Positions 34,528 through 46,447 of a DNA stretch of 64,000 nt are shown here, piece after piece; position 1 is the first letter of the stretch; every line of letters begins with the position of its first letter. Location: the NCBI GenBank assembly GCA_965603825.1, contig CBFDEM010000001.1, forward strand, positions 248,001-312,000, written 5' to 3'. A program made the translations under genes and the position numbers. The notes under the pieces were generated by a model. It worked only from the letters and a program-made list of their open reading frames with translations, searched no databases and was not told where the DNA came from. This DNA is from Blepharisma stoltei ATCC 30299. Taxonomy: Eukaryota > Protista > Ciliophora.

Positions 34528-37473
34528 ATGAAATTAAGAACTCCACTTTCCTCAAAGTCATCTTCAATTAAACATTCACCAAAGCCATCCCAAGATTTGC
34601 AGCTATTGCAAGAGTTTATGAGATTTAGCCCGAAGGCCACAACAAAAGATTCACTTATAAAGCCAAACAAAAAATTAAATCGTTTGAATTCAGATGGGAA
34701 CATTCCTGACATCTATACTTCATCTCAGGCAGCAAATAAAATACTTTGTCTAGATCGAGCAAAAACCTCTCGAAACTTAAGCTCATATCAAAGTATATCA
34801 TATTTGCCTGAAAAAATCTCGAAACCTATTCCAAGACAAAAAACAATATTACTCGACACTTTAGGATTTACCCCAGAGAAGCCTGAACATAGACTTCCTT
34901 TAAATCTAAAGCAGCTTGGAAAATATTCACAAAAAGGAAGCATGCCCAGCAGTGGATGCTGCTCTCCTACATCAGATCTAAAAAGGTTTGAATCTGAAAA
35001 TTATGATTTTGGGTTGCCTGCAAGCAGAAAAGATGCTGAACTGCTTGTAGAATGGGTTGATGTCATGCTTTCTAAAGCACTACAAGAGCAGAATGATGAC
35101 CCTGACAAGCTATTTGAAAGTACTCATATGATTTATTCAACCTGTCTTAATGAAATAATCCGACAAGTAAGTGTTCAATGCAAAGAAAGAGGGATGCTCA
35201 TGGGAAAGGTCTGAAACGCCTATCAAGCTTTATTTGAAAAAGCCCTCAGCATCAGCAAATCAAAACTTGAATTGGTAGAAGAGCGGTATATTAATGACAG
35301 GAACCGCATTCACAGAATGTATGGCGAGCAAGTAAACGAGCTTGAAGAAAAGGTCAAAACTTTAAGCGAATCAGTCCAGCCACTAATGGAAGAGCTTGCA
35401 GCTAAAGAAGAAATTATAAGAACTAAAAACTTAAAAGAAGAAAAAATCGGACAAAGGGTCGAAATTATCCAAGATCATTATAAAGAAATCAAAAAAGAAG
35501 TGCTGATTCTTAGAGAAGAAAATAGAGTCTTAAAAGCAAAAATCGAGAACACTGAGGTAGTTTATGAAGAGGACACAAATGGAAACTTGAGAAGGAGGAA
35601 AAAGACACAAAAAAAAATTAAACCTAAAAATGAGCAAGATATTGAAAATGTTTTAAAAAGCGACCCTGTGCTGGAAAATATACAGGAGGTAAATATAAAT
35701 GAAAATATAGAAGCATTGTCAAAGAAAATTAAGATTAATGAAAAATGCGAAAGAGATATGTTCCAGCAAGATGATTTTAAAGATGCAGAAACTGAGATGC
35801 CAAGAGTTGATTATGCAGATAAAGAAATAATGACTGATGTGCAAGATCTTTGTGGTGATAGCATCGGAATTAAGAAAAGAAGAGCTAAACCGTCTCAGAC
35901 ACTTGCAGTAGATGGGGTCAGCAAAAGAGATGACGATGTCGAAATGTTTTTCAATCAAATTGCAAAAGAAGAAGACGATGTCCTCATTGTTGTTGGAAAA
36001 GATGACGACCCTGAAGTCCACGAAATGAAGAAAAAGCATAATCATATTAAAAAGCTTGTCTATACTTTACGAGAAGAAATCTTTGAAGAAATGAATTTCG
36101 AAGACATGCCCCACTCAAAGCTTTTAAACTTGCTATATAAAAGCTTCAACCAAGCACTAAAAGTCCTTTCAAACCATCCTTTAGAGTCTCTACCAGACAC
36201 CATCAAAGAAAGTGAGGAAATCACAGATGAAGAAGCCAACTTCAAAAGAAAGCAAAGACTTTTAGAAACAATTATATATGTAGAAGACGAAAAGAAAGTT
36301 ATCAGAGACACTGCAAGAGAAGCCCTAGCTACAATAAAACGAGTTATCGCGACTCCAGTCCATAAACTCAAAAATGTCATGTTCAAAAAAATGCTACTTA
36401 AATTAATCACACAATTTTATGAAGACAAGTATAAGGACTCTGAAGAAAAAGAAGAAGAATTTGGAGTCTATGTATTTCAAGCTTTAATTAAAAAGTTCAT
36501 AATGAAAAAAGCTGCGGAAAACAGATTTAACCATTTATTATCAAGCTGCATGAAGTATAAATCAATAAAAAGGGTCAGAGTTTTCGCTAGATTTATCGGA
36601 CTCTATGAGCCATATGATTCAGAAGACTTGAAATTTTATTTAGAGTGCCTCAATTTCCTCAACAATTCTCTATCAGGCAAAATGGTATCCAACAATGAAA
36701 GCGCAGAAAGCATTAAGGTACCGTTTGTGAGGTGCGTTGAGTGTATAAAACATTTTGAAAAGCGCATTCCTAGAGAAGAAATAAACAATCTCAAAGAGAA
36801 AATAGAAAAATTCAAAGAGCAGGATAAACAGAACAAGAATGGAGTCATAGATGTTGATACCTTCCTTGAATTTTTGGTTGATTTATATCATGCAAATAAG
36901 CAAGACCATATGAATTTTATGAGATGTATATATGAAGCTGCAGATTTAAATGAAGATGGCTATTTGGAAAAAAAAGAGTTTGAATTATTACTCAGGCATG
37001 TGTCCTGTGTGAAATTTTCACCTAAATTGGCAAAGCAGCTATTTGATGCCTATTGTGAATCGTTCTCATCAGATGAGGATGAAAATGTCAAAGCAATTTC
37101 CTTTGAAAACTTGTGCGAGTTAAATACAAAGCATCAAGTATTTACATTAGAATCAATGCTAAAGCTAGCTGAGGTGATAACTCAGCCGGAAGCTGATGCT
37201 AAATTGAAAGAAGTTCAGCACGATCTTGAAGACTATATAACTGAGATATATTGGAGATTCAGCGAGTCTACTGTATATGAAGACCATCTTGAAGAAATAC
37301 ATCACCTTGTTGAAGCATTAAGATATAAAATGCGAGTATATAGCAAGCCTGAAGGTGTGTGACTTGGGTTCAAGATTCTGGAAGAAGAATCTAAAAGGGT
37401 TATAATAAGCCAGAGACTTAGAGAGTCACTTCCATTGATTGGCCAATGTATTTTAGAAGAGGAGCTTTATTAA
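34528..37473 (+). CDS. Axonemal dynein light-chain (p28/AXDND1-like) domain + coiled-coil + EF-hand protein, about 981 aa
   Basis: EIIRQVSVQCKERGMLMGKVW(TGA) and EF-hand ADLNEDGYLEKKEF. Reads through TGA at 35212 and 37360 to TAA at 37471-37473. Confidence 0.8.
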
Positions 37474-37620
37474 TGGATATAACATACTCAATAACTTAAA
37501 GTAAATAGTAATATTATACAAGAGAACTGTCAAACTCATGCAACGACATTTAAATTGAATGATTTTTATTTCATAATTAAATCAAAAATCTTGTGTTGAT
37601 TTTCGATAAAGTTGAATAAA

Positions 37621-37962
37621 TTATCCCCATGGATACATATTTTCTCTACTGTACACTTCTCGGTGTTCTTGACACACTGCTAATGGTCCACAAAAGAGGT
37701 GGGTGATGCAGTCTCCACAGCAGGAACCATCTATCAGGTAACGATCTCTAATTTTTGTTCGGTTTATTGCTGCCCCAATACAACAACATAAAAATGAGCA
37801 GCAAAATGAATGATAGCAAGAATCTCCTGTTGCCTTGTGAACAGTTCAGGCTTGATATATGCAGCTTCCCCCTGGACAAAAAAGACACACAAATAAGCAA
37901 CTGCACATATTACTCATGCAGCCACAAAGTGGCTGCTCCCATCGTATCACATTTCTCGACAT
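37621..37962 (-). CDS. PLAC8-family cysteine-rich protein, 113 aa (absent from the ORF track)
   Basis: MSRNVIRWEQPLCGC...LFCPGGSCIYQAW(TGA)...NRTKIRDRYLIDGSCCGDCITHLFCGPLAVCQEHRE...stop. Confidence 0.9.
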
Positions 37963-38164
37963 TGTAAATATTATTAGAATAAAATGCTATAAATAACTCT
38001 TGATTAAGCAATAGTTTTCAATTAATATCACTCTTTTTGTAATGCTCTAATCAAAATATATAAGAAATGTCATTTATTAATGTATTTATTTTAGTTTTTA
38101 ATTTGCAAGTACCAGAAATTAATTGGATAGTGCAAAAGGTCAAGTTAAAATTAATTCAATTAAA

Positions 38165-38473
38165 TTATAGTTGTGGTATGTCTTTCGCTATTCTCACAAA
38201 ATCCGCTGGGATTTCAATTTTCAGAAGCTTGATGAGCAATATTGTGAAATAAATTGACGGTATGAAAATCAAAGCTCCTAAAACCCAAAAAGTTGAGCCA
38301 AGCATTGGGTTGATGTTTGTAACTTCTTCAATAAAACCAATAAGTATTAAAAAGCCACCAAAAACTACACCAGTAATGTATATAAGTAAAGTGCACGATG
38401 GAAAAGGTGGCATTGGCTCTACAGATATATGAGACATGTCGAGATGAGACCTTTGCCGATTAATTTCATTCAT
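38165..38473 (-). CDS. Small two-TM protein (TMEM230/TMEM134-like)
   Basis: Two hydrophobic helices; FWVLGALIFIPSIY. Confidence 0.6.
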   Translation of the reverse strand: MNEINRQRSHLDMSHISVEPMPPFPSCTLLIYITGVVFGGFLILIGFIEEVTNINPMLGSTFWVLGALIFIPSIYFTILLIKLLKIEIPADFVRIAKDIPQL

Positions 38474-38587
38474 ATTTTTATTTTAAACTTTTCAAAGTAA
38501 TATTTAAGAATTTAATCTTTAAGAATGTTAAAAAATTAATTATACAAAAGATTTGAAATATTAAAAGATGTCTAAAGTTAATCACGA

Positions 38588-39493
38588 CTAGAATTTAAGA
38601 TATTTATCTTCAGCTTTCTTAAGCTCGTCCATATTTTGCAGTCTGAAAATCTCTTTAACGCTCACACAATCCTTTTCTATAGGGACAAGCGATTGATTTT
38701 CATAGATGAGTTTGGTTGTATGCTGCATAGTTTTCACTGCACTTCTGATGTTGTGGTTAGCCCAAATAATCATATTCACTCCCCACTCTCTGAAACTGTC
38801 TGTAGGGGTTGTGTAGTATTTCGTTGGGACAATAAGAACTGGATGTCTGCGATTCCATTCTTTCATAAAAGCTTGGATTTCAGTAGGTTCACTTAACTTG
38901 CTATGCATAAGGATAGCATCAGCTCCAGCCTGTCTGTAAGCTTCAGCTCTTCTCACAGCTTCTTCAAGACCCCATCCTGCAATAAAAGCTTCTACTCTGG
39001 CAACAACTACAAAATCTTTATCACTTGCTTGTTCTTTGCAAGCTTCAATTTTTTTACTGAATTCTGTAATATCAGCAAGTTGCTGCTTGGCTCCATCTAA
39101 TAAAGAATTTGTCTTAGGGAAAAGTTTATCTTCAAGGCAAACACCTGCAATTCCTCTTTGTTCGAGTTTCTGAACAAGTCTTCTGGCATTGTTGAAATTT
39201 CCATATCCAGTATCGCCATCAAGCAAAATTGGAATTGATGTTCTATCTGACATGAACTCCAGGACATCTAGGACTTGTGTCCATGAAGCTTCGTTGCAGT
39301 CACGAACACCCAGCTGGGCAGATATAGAAAGGCCACTTCCCCAAATTCCTTTAAAGCCTGCTTCTTCAACGATGACAGCAGACATACCATTGTGGGCTTC
39401 CATGATAAACTGAAGCTCATTGCTGTGGAGCATATCTTTGAGTTGGGTGGTTTTTCTTTTGGTAGCGAAACTGCGAGCTAATCTGCCTAGCAT
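38588..39493 (-). CDS. pepM: Phosphoenolpyruvate mutase (C-P bond formation)
   Basis: Diagnostic [10 protein letters not shown] (EDK-X5-NS), plus [22 protein letters not shown] and IWANH. Confidence 0.96.
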   Translation of the reverse strand: MLGRLARSFATKRKTTQLKDMLHSNELQFIMEAHNGMSAVIVEEAGFKGIWGSGLSISAQLGVRDCNEASWTQVLDVLEFMSDRTSIPILLDGDTGYGNFNNARRLVQKLEQRGIAGVCLEDKLFPKTNSLLDGAKQQLADITEFSKKIEACKEQASDKDFVVVARVEAFIAGWGLEEAVRRAEAYRQAGADAILMHSKLSEPTEIQAFMKEWNRRHPVLIVPTKYYTTPTDSFREWGVNMIIWANHNIRSAVKTMQHTTKLIYENQSLVPIEKDCVSVKEIFRLQNMDELKKAEDKYLKF

Positions 39494-40125
39494 TTATAAT
39501 CCACTTATTTTAAAAGGGAAATGTGTTGAAATAATATGATCAGATGGAATATTATGAAATATATTTATAGAGTTTGGTCTTGTATAAATCTGGTCAGCTT
39601 TTGGATTTTTTAGTTTGTGGCTAAAGGATGGTGAATCTGATAGTAGTGCTTAAATAAAATATTGAATTCAAATTTTAAATATATCAATGTGATTAAAGGC
39701 AAAATTAATATATTAAATTTGTTTGACAGTAAATTACTCTTTTTAAATTTTTTGAAATACTAATATATTTAGATACATTAAAAAGGCTAAAAAATTAAAA
39801 AATGTTAGTTTTTAAATATTTTGTAGTTCATTTATATTTTAAAGTTAATTTAAATTATTTTCAAATTTCAAAGCTTGTTTATATTAAATTTCACTTTACA
39901 GAGCCTTATTCTGTTAGGAGCTTCTATGCAAATCAAATTTTTACAAAACTTGCCATTTTTAAAATGTAGTACAGAATCTCCTTCTTGAGAGCCTAAAATC
40001 GGATAATTTTGCCCTCTTTTTCATTATAACGATCTAAATTTTGTATCCGGTTGAATTTAGTATAAGCTATATTATAATTCATATGCACATAAGCTAAATA
40101 AACGAAAAAACCAGGTAATAAAATC

Positions 40126-43008
40126 ATGGCAAGGCTGGATATGGATATTCAAGGACTTTCAAGCGAAGACGAGGCTCTTCCTGGTGAAAAAGATACTGAG
40201 TATGTTCCTGAGTCCAATGCAGGGAGGCCACCAACGATAGCACTTGTAGATTCCCAAACAAAACTTCAATTGCTAATGGACAAAATAGATGGCCTAACAC
40301 ACTCATTGAACCAATTTCAACAACGCCAAAACACAGCCACAAATATAGGAAAGAGAAGGCATGGTCCTGAAGGTGAGGATGAAAAAGATCTTGTGAGTAC
40401 TGATAGCACAATCTACACCGTAAAGTTGACTGAACAGCCGAAGAGTATTGTAAATGGGGTAATGAGGGAGTATCAATTAGAAGGCCTCAACTGACTGCTG
40501 AAAATGAATGCTTGCAAGGTGAGCGCAATTCTAGCTGATGAAATGGGCCTTGGCAAAACCCTCCAAACAATTTCTTTATTATCATATTTGATCTTGAATG
40601 GGGAAACCGCGCCAAGTATTGTTTTAGTTCCTAAAAGCACGCTTTCCAACTGGGTCAAAGAGTTTAAGCACTGGGCACCTTCTATCCAAGTGTTTGAGTT
40701 CTATGGGAACCTTGAGGAGCGTGAGCTGCTTAGACCAAAAGTCCCGAGGACGAACACTTATAATGTCTTACTCACCACTTATGAAATTGCAATGGCTGAA
40801 AAAACTATACTCAAAGGAGTAAAATGGAATTATGTTATCGTCGATGAAGCTCATCGTATCAAAAACGAAAAATCAGTGCTTTCTAAGATTGTCAGACTCT
40901 TTTCAACTAAGCTAAAACTGCTAATTACAGGAACTCCTTTGCAAAATAATTTGCATGAACTGTGGTCTTTACTAAACTTCTTGATGCCTGAAATTTTCGT
41001 GTCTTCTGATGACTTTGACCAGTGGTTTGACCTAAAACATGCCAATTCTGATAATCAAGATTACCTAGTCAGACAACTTCATAGAGTGCTAAGACCATTT
41101 ATGCTGAGAAGGCTGAAAAGAGAAGTAGAGTCTAAGCTTCCTCCTAAAAACGAACTCTACGTCTTTTTAGGGATGACTAAAACACAAAGAGAACTATATA
41201 AGACAATTCTCACAAAAAACATAGAAGTAATCAATGGATTTGGAGAAAGAAGTCAGTATATGAACACCATAATGCAGCTGAGAAAAGTATGCAACCATCC
41301 TTACTTGTTTGAAGGAATTGAGCCAGGACCACCATTTGTAGATGGGGATCACATTATTGATGCTTGCATGAAATTTAAATTTTTAGACAAACTCATCCCA
41401 AAACTGATCCAAAATGGCTCTAAAGTTTTGATTTTTACACAGATGACTCGTCTATTGGACATTCTCGATGACTTTCTCAATATGAGAGGCTATAGGTTTT
41501 GCCGAATTGATGGCAACACCCCATATCTTGATAGAGAATCTCAAATTGATGAATTCCAAAAGGCGGATTCAAGCATAAATCTCTTTATTTTGTCTACAAG
41601 AGCAGGAGGGTTAGGGATTAATCTTCAATCTGCAAATACTGTAATAATATATGATTCTGATTGGAATCCCCAGGTAGATTTACAAGCTATGGACCGAGCT
41701 CACAGAATAGGCCAAACAAGGACAGTCACCGTTTATAGATTTGTCACTGAAGGGACTGTTGAAGAAAAAATTGCTGAAAGAGCAGCAAAGAAGCTGAAAA
41801 TGGATCATTTAGTCATCCAAAAAGGAGCATTGGCTTCACAAAATAAAGCGCCGTCTGCACAAGAAATGAAGCAAATTTTGCAATTTGGAGCCCAGCAGGT
41901 TTTAAAAACAACTGGAGAAATTGCAGATGAAGACATAGATACACTTTTGCAATACGCACAAGAAAAAACGGATAAATTAAACGAAGAGCTCAAAAAATTA
42001 GAAGAAACTTTTAATTTAAAAGACCTGAGCTTTGATGGCGCTTTATTATACCAATTTGAAGGTGAAAATTACAAAAATGTGGAAAAAGAGCATATCAGTT
42101 TAGGAAAACGAAACAGAAAAGCAACTGGTGCTTATGACATGAAGAAAAGCTTACTAGCTCAAAAGAAAGACAAATCTAAAAGAGGCTGGAGAGCCTTAGT
42201 AGGTGGAGGACACCCACATCAGTTTTTTGACGACGAAGAGCTTGACAAATTAGACCAAAAAGAAGAAAACTGGAACGAATATTTAAACACAAAAACAAAA
42301 AGGCGAACTCGAGGCGACGCTGCAGCTGATAAGCCGCTAGCTTTTACTGATAAAGATAAAGCTTATAGAAAAGAGCTGCTAAATGAAGGCTTCGCGAACT
42401 GAACGAAACGAGAATTCAATAGCTTTATTAGTGGCTGCGAAATATATGGAAAAGACGAGCTTGACAGAATCCAAGAAGAAGTCGGCACCAAAACTTTAAA
42501 AGAAATAAAAAAATACTCAAAAGCGTTTTGGCAGCACTATGAATCAATGCCAAATGGGGCTGAACTTGTAGAAAGGATTGAGCAAGGACAAAGAGATAGG
42601 GAAAGGCTTTCTAAAATCGAAGCTATCCTTGGGAAGAAGAGGAATAGAATTGAAGCTGGCGAACCTCTTGACTATCCTTCGGATCCTAAGCCGACACATT
42701 TTAGCAGAGAAGAAGATCAGTTTTTGCTGAAGCAGCTGATAACGAGAGGGTACGGTAACTGGGACGATATGAAAAGCGAAATCCAGATGGTGCCAGAGTT
42801 CAGATTTAACATTTGGTTTCAATCTAAATCATGTGACGAGATTGAAAAAAGGTGTGACTATCTATTAGACATCTTAGACGAAGAAAGTGAAAGCCCAAGA
42901 AAGCACAGAGCTGTCGAAGCAGATAGCACAGACCAAAGCAGAACTCGCATCGAAGTGAACCCGGATTTCAAGTGGATCATTATATTCCCCAAAATAGTTT
43001 TAACCTAA
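40126..43008 (+). CDS. ISWI: ISWI/SNF2H chromatin-remodelling ATPase, about 960 aa
   Basis: MREYQLEGLNW(TGA), ILADEMGLGKT, DEAH, STRAGGLGINL and QAMDRAHRIGQ, then HAND-SANT-SLIDE (GFANW(TGA)TKREF; FRFNIWFQSK). Confidence 0.95.
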
Positions 43009-43016
43009 AACATTAA

Positions 43017-44189
43017 TTAGCTTTGGGTATTCTCTTGTTGGCACATCACCCCATCTTTCCACTCTCCTTCAATCACTTCTCCAGTCGACAGTGTCAAAGT
43101 GCCTCTTCCTTCTCTTTTGTCTCTCTTAAAAGTGCCTTCGAAAACATCTCCTGATTTCCAAGTATATCTACCCTTTCCATGAAAATCTTCATCATCGAAT
43201 TCTCCTTCATATACGTCTCCATTTTTGAACCTTAATTCTCCTCTTCCTTGCTTTTTCCCATTGGTGAATTCTCCAACATACACATTTCCAGAGGTGTATA
43301 TTCTTTTTCCGTTGCCAGATATGGCACCTTTATTGAAATCGCCTTCATACCTGCCCCAATCCTTCCAGCTATAAATTCCTTTTCCATGTGGCTTATCATC
43401 TTCCCAGTATCCTTCATAGGTGTCTCCATTGAAATGGGTGATTTTTCCATACCCTGTTCTTCTTCCGTCATCATCGAGCTCTCCTAAATATACGTTTTCT
43501 TTTGGGTATGAAGAATAGGATGAATAAGAAGAGTATCCTATTGACGAGTAGCCTCCATAGCTTGATGGTGAGATATAATTTCTATCGTATTCGTCTAAAA
43601 GTGGTTTAACCTGAGGGTTTTCTTCTAATTGAAATTTGACTGGGTTTATCACCTGATTGAAAAACTGCTCATCTAAAAAGGTAGCCAGATTTTTGTTGAT
43701 CTCAAGGGTTAGGTATTTATCTAAATGCATAAAAAGTGCTGAAAAAGTTTGCTTTAAATCTTTATAAATATTGTTTATCGTAAGTGCAAGGGCGCATAAT
43801 TTGTCTTCTTCATTTTCAGCTGACAGCATTGTTTTGGCTTTTTTAAAGAATGCTAGTTCGCTTCCTTGTTTTTTGCAAGCTAAACAGACCTGCCGAAGCT
43901 TTTCTTTATTGTTTACAAGGTTGTAAACGATTTCATTCACAAACATTTTGACTCGATTCACTTTTGTAATTTTAAAAATCGGTTCTCCTTCAAGTACAGA
44001 AACTGCCCAGCGGTCACAAACTTTTCAGGCTCCATTGATGATATCGTCTTCTTTGGTGGTGTCTTTTTGGAGCCAATTTAACTCTTCAAGGTCTTGGTGG
44101 ATTTCTGCCCAGTTGAGCTCGTTGTCTGCTAACTTAAGAATGGAAGTAAAGGTTTCAGGACATTTAGTTTGCACTTCTTGCTCTTCCAT
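43017..44189 (-). CDS. MORN-repeat protein, 390 aa
   Basis: About 7 YEGxWxxxKxHGKG-type repeats. The 5' end extends through a TGA to ATG at 44189. Confidence 0.88.
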
Positions 44190-44512
44190 TTTATTATAAG
44201 TTTGTGTTTTAAAGTTAATATTATAATAGTAAGTATCAGATTAGCATTTCAGTGGCTAAAGAGACATTGGTTATTTGATTGATCTCTAACTCTTTACAGG
44301 AAAAATTAAAACAATAATTTAAAAAAATGCACTTTATAACTTTACAGAGTATCGATTAAGTGCAATAAAATATTTTAATTATTAATCTTATATAATACTT
44401 AATTTCAAACATATTCCTTAAATGAAACCTCATCAGATAATGCAGTCTTCCTATAATGCCTAAAGCTGGAACTTAATTTCTAATTTTTACACATCATAAT
44501 TTGTAATATAAA

Positions 44513-45673
44513 ATGGACAACTTTAATGTTGCAATTTCCACATCTATTGCGATGCCATTTGCTATTGGATACTACATAGGCTTCCAAGAATGAAACAGAA
44601 TTTTCCCAGTGATTATTGCTTCGGCTCTTTCCTTTATCATCGGGTACAAATTAATCCCAGTTATCAAAGAATCCACTCTCGCTGCAGGACTCGGAGGACG
44701 AGATTTAAATAAAGTCAGCAACAAAAAGATGTAAATTTTATTCAGTCCTGAATCCCTAGGAATAGTTCCAGCGACCCTTTATTTAGTCACCATGATTTTA
44801 GCTCAGGTTCTGTTTGCAAGAGACCATGATGCGCAATTCCAATATAATTCTGCAACTTTATCTGTATGCTTTATGATTTTGCTTGGATTTTGTGATGACG
44901 TGCTGAATTTGAGATGAAGATATAAGTTATTGCTCCCTACAATTGCTTCATTGCCTTTGCTTGTGGCTTACTCAGGTACGACTGCAATAGTTGTCCCGAG
45001 GATGCTGAGAGACCTGCTTGGGTATTCTATTGAGCTTGGCTGCTTATATAGTTTATATATGATTTTGCTTGCAGTATTTTGTACTAATGCTATCAATATA
45101 TATGCTGGAATAAATGGCTTAGAAGCAGGCCAAAGCTTAGTTATTGGCTGTGCTGCTTTAACTCATAACTTTATTGTATATTCTATTTAGGAAATCACGT
45201 TACATATAAATGACCAAATTTACACACAACATCTATTATCTGCTTCATTGCTGATACCATTTATATTCAATACTCTAGCACTTCTAAAATACAATAAGTA
45301 CCCTTCAAAGGTTTTTGTAGGTGACACTTTTTGCTACTTCGCAGGCATGACACTAGCAATGGCTGGGATACTGGGTCATTACTCAAAAACGCTGCTTTTA
45401 TTCTTTATCCCTCAGATTCTCAATTTTATTTTTTCAATCCCTCAGCTTATTGGAATTGTTCCATGCCCTCGGCATCGTCTTCCTAAATACGACCCAAGAA
45501 CTGATACATTGGAATGTGTCCCTACCCATTTCACACTTATCAATTTTGTCCTATGGGTAACTGGGCCTCAGCATGAAAAGAATCTTTCGACAGCCTTAAT
45601 CTGTTTCCAAATCATGTGTTGCGCATTAGGATTCTATATCAGATATGAGATTTCTCAAATATTTTACTATTAA
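44513..45673 (+). CDS. ALG7: UDP-GlcNAc:dolichyl-phosphate GlcNAc-1-phosphotransferase, about 376 aa
   Basis: GRDLNK...[17 protein letters not shown](TGA)[32 protein letters not shown] and PCPRHRLP. Two 15-nt introns. Confidence 0.95.
44731..44745 (+). other. 15-nt intron GTAAATTTTATTCAG
   Basis: Removal eliminates a TAA and restores the conserved IPESLG. Confidence 0.9.
45176..45190 (+). other. 15-nt intron GTATATTCTATTTAG
   Basis: Removes an in-frame TAG in ALG7. Confidence 0.88.
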
Positions 45674-45766
45674 TAAAAGAATTATATGCGATAGATAGCT
45701 TAAATATAGCAGTAAAATGATGAAAACGAAAAGATTTAAATAAAGATATGATAATTAGTATTTAAT

Positions 45767-46417
45767 ATGCAAAATTTGCAGGACGAGGATTATGATTATC
45801 TCTATAAAATAGTGCTTGTTGGAGAAGCAGGAGTAGGTAAGACACATTTGCTTTCACGATACATAAAGGGAACCCTTCCAAAGAACCCAACATCTACTAT
45901 TGGTGTAGAATTCGCGACTCGCACTGTTCCGTTGCTTTCCGGAGGCACTGTTAGAGCTCAAATATGAGACACAGCTGGCCAAGAAAGATACAAATCAATT
46001 ACCAGTGCCCATTACAGAAGAGCAGTAGGAGCATTACTTGTGTATGACGTTACCAATGAAAGATCTTTTGTTAACTTGAAAAAATGACTTGCTGATCTCA
46101 AAGAAAATGCTGAGCCAAATATCGTGATTATGCTTGTTGGGAATAAAATTGACCTTGGATCAAATGATCCTACAGCCAAAAAGGTACCTTCTGATTTGGC
46201 TCAGAAGTTTGCGAAAGATCATGGGATGCTGTTTGAGGAAACAAGTGCGGTCACAACGACTAGAGTTAGAGAAGCCTTTGAGAATTTGTTGCAAGGTAAA
46301 AAATAAATAGAAATCTATATCGTCAAATCACGGTCTAACAAAGGAGCTAGACAAAATGAAAGCCAAGGGAACGTGCTAATTCCGAAGTTTGAGAAAAGAT
46401 CAGGATGTTGTAATTAA
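45767..46417 (+). CDS. Rab11-like GTPase, about 211 aa
   Basis: [21 protein letters not shown](TGA)[36 protein letters not shown] and C-terminal CCN. Confidence 0.93.
46296..46310 (+). other. 15-nt intron GTAAAAAATAAATAG
   Basis: Removes a TAA and restores the Rab C-terminus with its prenylation cysteines. Confidence 0.88.
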
Positions 46418-46447
46418 GTAATTTATATAAATATTATTAATTCTTGA

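Noticed and set aside
38165-45673. Possible phosphonate or phosphonoglycan gene cluster around pepM (with ALG7, and CDP-DAG synthase further away)
   Set aside because: There is no decarboxylase, transaminase or NTP-transferase next to pepM. The neighbours are unrelated housekeeping genes.
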